A stretch of DNA of 22,976 nucleotides from Chlamydiota bacterium (GTDB lineage: Bacteria > Chlamydiota > Chlamydiia > Chlamydiales > SM23-39). Below, in pieces: positions 1 through 9,200 of this stretch; the stretch's first letter is position 1; every line of letters begins with the position of its first letter. A program made the translations under genes and the position numbers. Where the stretch lies: positions 1-22,976 of the forward strand of contig JBCAXK010000024.1 of NCBI GenBank assembly GCA_038534095.1, given 5' to 3'. Below the pieces are notes generated by a model. It was not told where the DNA came from. It saw only the letters and a program-made list of their open reading frames with translations, and did not search any database.

Positions 1-402
1 GGCTCCACTAGCGAGATGCATAGCCAATCGCCGTTTCCCTTTTCCTATGAAGATGTTTACGGAGAGAAGAAAGAAAAGCGGATCGCTTGTAGGTTTTCTC
101 ACCTGCCGCCGCAAAAGACGAAAGCTCTTCTTCGAGGCATCATGCAAGAAAGCGAGAGTTTTTCTTCTGAAGAATCTCTTCTTTTGCAGCAACTGAAGTA
201 CCAGCATCTTCGTTTGAAGATCCCTACTATTTTAGAAGAAGGGACTTTGCAGCTTGATGGGGAGTTTTCGGGAGTGATCACCGATGATGCGATTTTCATG
301 CCGCTCCTTTCTGCGGAAAAGACAGAAACCACGCCGTTTGTCTGCGATCTTCTTGTAGAAGGGGACGCTTCGTACATGATCACCCCTTGCCTTGCTCATA
401 AC
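1..402 (+). mobile_element. C-terminal part of an intein (Hint domain) in NrdA with a degenerate LAGLIDADG endonuclease remnant; +1 extein residue is Gly
   Basis: Non-RNR sequence ends in [22 protein letters not shown] (337-402), matching intein blocks F/G (vYDLxVegxxxY...HN). It is directly followed by RNR GGKRKGA. Upstream, KEKRI...[11 protein letters not shown] and [20 protein letters not shown] resemble LAGLIDADG blocks D/E/H. The N-terminal junction lies outside the window. Confidence 0.88.
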
Positions 403-1965
403 GGTGGCAAGAGAAAAGGAGCCATGTGCGCTTACCTTGAAACGTGGCACCTTGATATCGAAGACTTTTTAGAGCTAAGAAAAAATACAGGCGATGAGCG
501 GAGACGCACCCATGACATGAATACCGCCAATTGGGTCCCCGATCTTTTCATGAAACGGGTAAAAAGTAAAGGGATGTGGACCCTCTTTTCTCCATCAGAT
601 ACTCCAGATCTTCACGATCTTTATGGTCAGGCGTTTGAAAAACGGTATGAAGAGTATGAAAAAATGGTCGATGAAGGGCAAATCAAACTCTACAAAAAAG
701 TGGAAGCAGAGATTTTGTGGAGAAAAATGCTCAGCATGCTCTTTGAAACAGGACATCCTTGGATCACCTTCAAAGACCCTTCCAATATTTGCTCCATGCA
801 AGACCATGTAGGTGTCGTACATTCTTCGAATTTGTGCACCGAAATTCTTCTCAATACGAGCGCCGATGAAGTAGCTGTCTGCAATTTGGGATCGGTGAAT
901 CTAAAAGAGCATGTCCAAGAAGGGAAGCTCAACAAAGAAAAATTGCAACAGACGATCACCATGGCTGTGCGTATGTTAGACAATGTCATCGACATCAATT
1001 TTTACCCAATCGTTGAAGCAAAAAATGCAAATCTCCGTCACCGCCCTGTAGGCCTTGGAATGATGGGCTTTCAAGATGCTTTGTACTTGCTGGACATCTC
1101 GTACCAGTCAGAAAAAGCGGCCCAGTTTGCCGATGAAAGCATGGAGGTCATTGCCTACTACGCTTACGAAGCTTCTAGTGATCTTGCAAAAGAGCGGGGC
1201 AAATACTCCTCTTACAAAGGATCTAAATGGGACCGAGGGATTTTGCCTCCAGACACCTTAGATCTTGTAGAAAAAGATCGGGGCGTGCCGATTGATCTCC
1301 CTCGAGGATCGACGATGGATTGGGATAGGCTTCGAAAAAAGATTCAACAGCAAGGGATGAGAAATAGTCACGTTCTTGCGATTGCTCCTACCGCGACGAT
1401 CGCCAATATTGCTGGAGTGATTCCTTCGATTGAGCCTGCCTACAAACATCTGTTTGTCAAATCCAATCTCTCCGGAGAGTTCACGATCACCAATCCCCAT
1501 CTTGTCGATAGGTTGAAACTGATCGATCTTTGGGATGAGGAGATGATCGATGATCTGAAATACTTCGATGGATCGATTCAAGAGATAGAACGGATCCCAG
1601 AAGAGATCAAAGAGCTCTTTTTAACCTCTTTTGAAATTGATCCTTTTTGGATCATTGAATGCGCTGCTAGAAGGCAAAAATGGTTGGATATGGGGCAATC
1701 CCTCAACCTCTATCTTGCGCAGCCAAGCGGGAAAAAGTTGCATGAGATGTACCTTCTTGCTTGGGAAAAGCGGCTCAAAACCAACTACTATCTTCGCACG
1801 TTAGCAGCGACCCAGATTGAAAAATCATCTACGGATGTCAACCGGCGGGGACTGCAACCCCGTTGGATGAAAAGCAAATCGGCTTCGGGGAATATTCAAG
1901 TCCAAAGGGGACCTGAAAGACCTCTAAGTTGTAGCCTAGAAGAGGGCTGTGAAAGTTGTCAATGA
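1..1965 (+). CDS. nrdA: Ribonucleoside-diphosphate reductase alpha subunit (class I), 5'-truncated by the window edge, intein-containing
   Basis: Frame 1 is open from base 1 (GGC TCC ACT AGC GAG ATG...), so the ATG at 16 is probably not the real start. From nt 403 the protein is clear NrdA: loop 2 [24 protein letters not shown] (Asn/Cys/Glu catalytic motif), VCNLGS, APTATIA, the radical-relay YY in KTNYYLR, and the C-terminal redox pair CESC. Confidence 0.97.
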   Translation, partial: GSTSEMHSQSPFPFSYEDVYGEKKEKRIACRFSHLPPQKTKALLRGIMQESESFSSEESLLLQQLKYQHLRLKIPTILEEGTLQLDGEFSGVITDDAIFMPLLSAEKTETTPFVCDLLVEGDASYMITPCLAHNGGKRKGAMCAYLETWHLDIEDFLELRKNTGDERRRTHDMNTANWVPDLFMKRVKSKGMWTLFSPSDTPDLHDLYGQAFEKRYEEYEKMVDEGQIKLYKKVEAEILWRKMLSMLFETGHPWITFKDPSNICSMQDHVGVVHSSNLCTEILLNTSADEVAVCNLGSVNLKEHVQEGKLNKEKLQQTITMAVRMLDNVIDINFYPIVEAKNANLRHRPVGLGMMGFQDALYLLDISYQSEKAAQFADESMEVIAYYAYEASSDLAKERGKYSSYKGSKWDRGILPPDTLDLVEKDRGVPIDLPRGSTMDWDRLRKKIQQQGMRNSHVLAIAPTATIANIAGVIPSIEPAYKHLFVKSNLSGEFTITNPHLVDRLKLIDLWDEEMIDDLKYFDGSIQEIERIPEEIKELFLTSFEIDPFWIIECAARRQKWLDMGQSLNLYLAQPSGKKLHEMYLLAWEKRLKTNYYLRTLAATQIEKSSTDVNRRGLQPRWMKSKSASGNIQVQRGPERPLSCSLEEGCESCQ

Positions 1966-1982
1966 ACATGATGGAGGAACAA

Positions 1983-3017
1983 ATGGAACAGAAACAAAAA
2001 GATCAAGAACGGGTAAACGTTCTAAAAAAACGGCTCATCAACGCAAAAGCTGTTGATGTGAACCAGCTAATGCCCCTCAAGTACAAATGGGCTTGGGAGC
2101 ATTACATCAACGGTTGCGCTAACCACTGGATGCCGACCGAGGTATCTATGGCTAAGGATATCGAACTATGGAAATCTGGGCAGCTATCTGCCGATGAGAA
2201 GCTTGTGATTAAACGGAACTTAGGATTTTTTTCTACAGCAGAAAGTCTTGTAGGGAACAATATTGTCCTTGCGATTTTTAAGCATGTGACCAATCCTGAA
2301 GCGCGGCAGTATCTCTTACGTCAAGCCTTTGAAGAGGCGATTCATACCCATACCTTTTTGTATATCGTCGAATCGCTCAATCTAGACCAAGGGGAGATTT
2401 TTAACATGTATCATGAAATCAATGCGATTCATGAGAAAGATGCCTTTGAAATGCGCTTAACGCAGGATCTTCTAGATCCCAACTTTTCTACAGATAGTCT
2501 AGAAGGTGTACAAACATTTTTACGCAATTTGATTGGTTTTTACATCATTATGGAAGGGGTGTTCTTCTATAGCGGCTTTGTGATGATTCTCTCGTTCTTA
2601 CGCCAGAATAAGATGGTGGGAATTGGGGAGCAATTCCAGTATATCTTGCGTGATGAATCGATCCATTTGAACTTTGGGATCGATCTGATCAATGGAATTA
2701 AAGAAGAAAATCCCGAAGCGTTTACCCCAAGTTTTCAGAAGGAAATGGAAGAACTGATTGCGCAGGCTGTTGAGCTAGAAATTGCCTATGCAAAAGAATG
2801 CCTGCCTAGGGGGATTTTAGGCCTGACAGCGCCGATGTTCCGGGAGTATGTGCAGTACATTGCCGACCGCAGACTTGAAAGGATTGGACTACAAGCAAGG
2901 TACCACTCAAAAAATCCTTTCCCTTGGATGAGTGAGACCATTGATCTTGGTAAAGAGAAAAATTTCTTTGAAACTAGAGTCAATGAGTACCAGTCTGCTT
3001 CCAATCTTGTCTGGTAA
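1983..3017 (+). CDS. nrdB: Ribonucleotide reductase beta subunit, class Ic (Mn/Fe, R2c type)
   Basis: Ferritin-like ligand motifs STAES, EEAIH, MEG and RDESIH. The first ligand is Glu (2241-2243), and Phe (2355-2357, HTHTF) sits at the radical-Tyr position, as in C. trachomatis R2c. ATG 1983 follows GGAGG (1973-1977); ATG 1962, overlapping the nrdA stop (ATGA), is an alternative start. Confidence 0.96.
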   Translation: MEQKQKDQERVNVLKKRLINAKAVDVNQLMPLKYKWAWEHYINGCANHWMPTEVSMAKDIELWKSGQLSADEKLVIKRNLGFFSTAESLVGNNIVLAIFKHVTNPEARQYLLRQAFEEAIHTHTFLYIVESLNLDQGEIFNMYHEINAIHEKDAFEMRLTQDLLDPNFSTDSLEGVQTFLRNLIGFYIIMEGVFFYSGFVMILSFLRQNKMVGIGEQFQYILRDESIHLNFGIDLINGIKEENPEAFTPSFQKEMEELIAQAVELEIAYAKECLPRGILGLTAPMFREYVQYIADRRLERIGLQARYHSKNPFPWMSETIDLGKEKNFFETRVNEYQSASNLVW

Positions 3018-3028
3018 AACCTTTTGAT

Positions 3029-3058
3029 CCCCATTCTTCAATAGAATGGGGCGTTTTT
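3029..3058 (+). terminator. Intrinsic terminator hairpin 1 after nrdB
   Basis: CCCCATTCT-tcaat-AGAATGGGG perfect 9-bp stem followed by cgTTTTT. Confidence 0.7.
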
Positions 3059-3076
3059 ATCTTTAGATTTAGACAC

Positions 3077-3111
3077 AAGCGTTTCGAGGTTCTCTTGAAA
3101 CGCTTTTTTTT
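3077..3111 (+). terminator. Intrinsic terminator hairpin 2 after nrdB
   Basis: AAGCGTTTCGAG-gttct-CTTGAAACGCTT stem (one G-U pair) running into a T8 tract. Confidence 0.8.
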
Positions 3112-3234
3112 CTGGATCTTTTCAAGAAACTTTTCTCAGCAATTCTTCTATGCACCTCAAATTTTAAAAAAAATTATTTGATAAGATTTTTCTTCTCGTA
3201 TACCAAGAAGTTGTGGGTAAAACGTGAGGAAAGC

Positions 3235-6200
3235 ATGCGCATTCATTGGTTCTTTCGCAGCCCAAGTCCCATTTTCATCACAATATTTTCTTGTGTAGCG
3301 GGTCTTTCGGCAGAAAATTGGTCTGGGTCAGTAGATAATAATTGGGAAGTCAATGGGAACTGGATTCCTGCTACTTTTCCAAATTCCCCAACCGCGAATG
3401 CGAATTTTGGGAATGTTATTTTAGCTCCAACGACTGTGAGTGTCGGGATTCCGATCACGGTGGATACCATCAGTTTTGATGGAGCTGTCCCTTATACGAT
3501 CGCTGTACAAAGCGGTTCTGGAGGCAGCCTTTTGGTCAATAGTTCGATCACCTATCTAGATGCAAATGGAGCGGCCAATCATATCATTACGGGAGCGCTC
3601 ACCACAAACTCTACCCTCAATTTGGTGCAAAACACAACAAGCACACCGATCATTTCTGCAAATATTGGAGGCACAGGGAGTCTCAATAAAACGGGATCAG
3701 GAAATCTTAGTCTCACAGGCACTCTCGCCCATACGGGTACGACTACGATCGATATGGGGCGCTTAGAAATTGGGGATCCCCAGCTTATTAGCACTTCTGG
3801 AGACATCATCTGGAATGGAGGATCTCTACTCATCGGTGCTAACGGCACCTTATCCAACAATCTTGTGACGAATATTACCGGTACAGGCGATCCGGTTATC
3901 GAAGTAGGTAGCGGAATACAGGCAGCTGTTTCAGGGCAAATCTCAGGTGCTGGAGATCTTGTTGTGTCTGGTCCCGGGGAAGTGACCTTGACCAATAACG
4001 CCAATAATTACGCAGGGAATACCATCATTAAAAATGGAGCAACTCTCTCTGCGCCATTAGCATCTATGATCTCTAATAGTGGGTCCATAGAAATCGAAGA
4101 TGGGATCCTTGTACACAATAATTCGCAGGATTTCGTCCTACAAGCTGATCGTCCTGTGATCTTGAGCGGAGGTTTTGGAGCGATTTCCGCCTCTGGTACT
4201 GGCACAACTACGATTTTATCAGATATTTCTGGAACAGGTACTTTGAGAAAGCTTGGTGGCGGAAGATTGGTCTTAAACGGCAACAATACCTTTCCTGCGC
4301 TCGAAATTGAGGGGGGCAATGTGACTGTGGAGTCCCCTAGCAATTTGGGTTCAGGCATAATTACGGTTATAGGTAATGCCACCGCAGTCATTAGTGTGTC
4401 CCAACCTATAACGATTCCCAATGATATTGCGCTGAATGATGGTCAAGTATTTATTTCACCCACGGCGCCGATTACTTTGAGTGGTACGATTTCGGGTAAC
4501 GGAAATGCAGACCTGAATCTTCTCGGTAATGTTACTTTAGAGGGAAATAATAATACGTACCTAGGTACAACGTCCATAGGCTTGGGATCAGGCGGAGGAA
4601 CGTTGATCCTAACAGGGAATAACAACTTAGGAACCGGCTTGTTGTTGAATAATAACAGTACGGTGCAATTTGCAGATACCGTTTCGATCCCGAACGATGT
4701 TCAGAGTGGATCAACAGGAATATTTTCTGTTCCCAGCGGATCTGCGACCATTCAGGGAACAATCACAGGAGGAGGCATCTTCTTGGAGAAAGAGGGAGCA
4801 GGGACCCTGTCGTTTACAGGGGACTATCAATCGACTGCAAATATGAATATCAATCAGGGGACGCTGCGACTTGCCGTAGCAAGCGCGCTACCAAGTGGGG
4901 GTGATATTCGTTTGGGAGCAGCCACTCTTAACACAGGAAGCACCTCTACCCACACGGGAGCGTTTGAGCTGGTGACGGGCACAGGGACCGTAGATGTCGA
5001 TCCGAGCACCACCTTTTCCCTTACCCAAGGGACAAGCGGGAGTCAAAATCTCGTTAAAACGGGAGCAGGCAGCTTTAATCCAGGTACTCTCGCCCATACG
5101 GGTACGACTACGATCGATATGGGGCGGATAGAGATCGGCGATCCTCAGGTTGTTAGCACTTCTGGAGACATCATCTGGAACGGAGGATCGCTACTCATCG
5201 GTACTGGCGGCATCTTATCCAACAATCTTGTGACGAATATTACCGGTACAGGCGATCCGGTTATCGAAGTGGGTAGCGGCGTGGAGATAGCTGTCCCGGG
5301 GCAAATTTCAGGTCCTGGAGATCTTGTTGTGTCTGGTTCCGGAGAAGTGGAATTGACCAATAACGCCAATAATTACGCAGGGAATACCATCATTAAAAAC
5401 GGAGGCGTTATCGCTGCGCCATCAGCATTGATGATCTCTAATAGTGGGTCAATAGAAATCGAAGATGGGATCCTTTCACACAATAATGCGACGGATGATT
5501 TCGTCATACAAGCCGATCGTCCTGTGATCGTGAGCGGAGCTTTTGGAGCGATTTCCGTCGTTATTCGTGGCAGCACAAGGGTTTTATCAGATATTTCTGG
5601 AACAGCTACTTTCAAAAAGCTTGGTCCCGGAACGTTGTTCTTAAATGGCAACAATACCTTTCCTGCGCTCGACATTGATGGGGGTAATGTGACTGTGGAG
5701 TCCCCTAGCAATTTGGGTTCAGGCACAATTACGATGATAGAGAATCCCCCACTTCCAAATGCCAGCGTAGCCCTTAGCGTGTCTCAACCTATGACGATTC
5801 CCAATGATATTGTGCTGAATGAAGGTACACCAATTATTTTCCCCATGGCGCCGCTCACGTTGAGTGGTACGATTTCTAGTAACGGAAATCCGGTACTGTT
5901 TCTTATTTCTAATCCTCCGAATACCCCCGTTACTTTTGAGGGCAATAATACCTACGCAGGTAGAACATCCATAGATCTCGACTTTCTGTTGATCCTAACA
6001 GGGAATAACAATTTAGGAACCAGCCAGCTGTCGAATAGTAAGAGTACGGTGCAATTTGCAGATGGCGTTTCGATCCCGAACGATGTTGTTGTTAGAGAAA
6101 CAGGAAGATTTTCTGTTCCCAGCGGATCTGCAACGATTCAGGGGACGATCACAGGAGGCACTCTTGCCGTATTTGTGAAAGAAGGCGCAGGGACTCTGTT

Positions 6201-9200
6201 TCTTACAGGGGACTATCAAGCAGATAGAAATGTGGAAATCTCTGAAGGGACATTAGACATTTTAGCACCTGACGCTCTACCAAATGTTCAGAACATTGTG
6301 TTTAACGGCGGCTCTCTATCGACTGGGTCGACAGGCACGTTAGCCAACGAAATCACTTTGAACGTTGCAGGTACAGGAGATCCCGTTTTAGAACTGGCAA
6401 ATGGCGCGGAAGCAACCATTACAGGGCAAATTGGGGGTAGTGGGGATCTTGTCCTATCTGGTGATGGGACTTTTAAACTCACCAATACAGGGAATAATTA
6501 TGGGGGCAATACGATCGTTCAAGATGGGGCTAATTTAACGCTGTCAGATCTTGCTGTAATGAACGGTTCCTTAGAACTTGCTGATGGAATCTTAGGGATA
6601 GAAACGAACGACATCACCTTAGATAGCAATCAATCGGTTACTTTGAATGGAGCTTTTGGTCGTTTCTCAGTTCCAGCGGGTAGAACGCTAACCATTGAGG
6701 GGGATGTGTCGGGAACAGGCGCGCTCACGACGCTCGATGAAGGAACGCTGGTGCTAACGGGGAATAATACGTTCACAGGGATTGAGCACGGAGCTGGCGT
6801 TTTGTCGGTAGCTGGCGCTAGCAATCTTGGGCCAGGTACGATCACGTTTTCCGATGTCGCGCAAATGCCTAGTGCAACGAGAACCATTGAGGTAACTCAG
6901 CCAGGAGCGATTCCCAATAATATTGCCCTGAACGAATCGGGAACTTTTTCGAGCAATCAAGCGGTGACTTTGAGCGGTTCTATCTCTAGTAATGGAGATC
7001 AAGAGCTCATTCTTTCTACTACTGGAGGAGGAGAGTTTACTCTAGATGGAAATAATACCTACTCGGGAACAACAAGATTAGAGGGGGGAGGATCTCTCAT
7101 TTTAACCGGTAATAATGATTTAGGAACAAGTAGCTTAGCGAATAACGGATCGACGGTACAATTAGCCGATACGCTTTCGATCCCTAATGACATCGTCATA
7201 GAAGGATCCACGCAATTTTCTGTGCCAAGCGGATCGGCTACGCTCGAGGGAACGATCACAGGAAATACGCTGCCTTCTAGCTTTTTGAAGGCTGGACCAG
7301 GCGTTTTATCCATTACTGGTGACAACCAATCATCTGCAGATATGAATATCATTGATGGGACGCTTCGGCTAGCTTCAGCAAACGCCCTACCTAATGGGGG
7401 AGGCATCACCTTTAATGGATCAGCTACGTTAAATACAGGAGCTACGTTCACCCATACAGGCGCTTTTCAATTGTTTGCTGGACCAGATATTTTCTCGCCA
7501 GGTCCAGCCACTGTAGAGGTAGATACAAATACTACGTTTTCTCTTACTCAAGGTGTAGTGGGCAATCAAGATTTGATCAAAGCGGGAGATGGGACGTTTA
7601 ATGCGGGAAGTCTTGCGCATAATGGAACAACAAGAATCGATGCTGGTCGCATCGAGATCGGTGATCCGCAGCTTACAAGCAGTTCTTTAGACATCACCTG
7701 CAACGGCGGCTCTCTATCGATAGGATCGACAGGCACGTTGTCAAACAATCTTATCTTGAACATTGCAGGTACAGGGAATCCTGTTGTAGAAGTGGCCAAT
7801 AGCGCGCAAGTCACGGTTGCGGGCCAAGTGAGCGGTAGCGGAGATCTGGTTTTATCTGGTAATGGGCTTGTGAGATTGACCAATACGGGCAATAACTACA
7901 GCGGTAATACCCTCGTTCAGGGGGGAGTAAATCTCACTTTGTCCGATATTTCTGTAATTAACGGATCATTAGAACTCGACGAGGGCATTTTAGCCACCGA
8001 GACAAATGACATAACCCTAGCTAGCAATCAAGTGGTGACTTTGAGCGGCGCTTTTGGAGGTCTATCGGTTCCAAGTGGGAGAGCTCTAACGATTGAGGGG
8101 AATATATCGGGGACAGGCGCCTTAAGAACGCTCGATGAGGGCACTGTTACGTTAACGGGGAACAATACATTCACTGGGGTTGAGCATGGAGCCGGAACTT
8201 TGTCGGTACCCGGCGCTAGCAACCTTGGAACAGGTACGATCACTTTTGTGAGTACGGCGCAAATGCCGAGCGCAACGAGAACCATTGAGGTGACGCAGCC
8301 AGGAACAATTCCCAATACTATTGTGCTGAGTGATTCGGGCATCTTTTCAAGCGATCAGGCTGTAACTTTGAGCGGAGTAATGTCTAGCAGTGGGGATCAG
8401 GTACTCGTTTTTTCTACTGTTGGGGGAGGAGCATTTACTCTACAAGGGAATAATACCTACTCGGGGACCACAAGATTGGAGGGGGGGGGATCCTTAATCT
8501 TAACAGGTAATAGCAATGTGGGGACAAGCGTTTTATCGAATAACGGATCGACGGTACAATTAGCCAATACCCTTGCAATCGCTAACGATATTGTGATAGC
8601 GGGATCCACGCAATTTTCTGTGCCAAGCGGCTTAGCCACCCTGCAGGGAACGATCACAGGAAATACGCTAGCCCCTGTCTTTTTGAAGAATGGAGCAGGA
8701 ACTTTATCCATTGCAGGTGATTATCAATCGATTGCAGATATGAATATCAATGATGGGACGCTTCGCCTATCTTCAGCAAACGCCTTACCTAATGGGGGAG
8801 GCATCGCCTTTAATGGATCAGCTACGTTAAATACAGGAGCTACGTTCACCCATACGGGTGCTTTTCAATTGTTTACAGGACCAGTCTCACCGGGTCCAGC
8901 CACTGTAGAGGTGGATACAAATACTACGTTTTCTCTTACTCAAGGTGTAGTGGGGAATCAAGATTTGATCAAAACGGGAGATGGAACGTTTAATGCGGGG
9001 AGTCTTGCGCATACTGGAACAACAAGAATCGATGCTGGCCATATAGAGATAGGTGATCCGCAGCTCTCTAGTAGTTCTGGAGACATCACGGCCAACGGCG
9101 GCTTCCTGTTGGTTGGTTCAACAGGCACGTTGTCAAACAATCTTATCTTGAACATTGCAGGTACCGGGAATCCTGTTGTAGAAGTGGCCAATAGCGCGCA

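Noticed and set aside
16..18. ATG at 16 as the start of a 649-aa NrdA with a novel N-terminal domain
   Set aside because: The frame is open from base 1, the N-terminal half of NrdA is missing, and the extra segment is better explained as the end of an intein.
3178..3234. TTG start at 3178 for the autotransporter
   Set aside because: ATG 3235 has a GAGGA RBS and gives a normal-length signal peptide.
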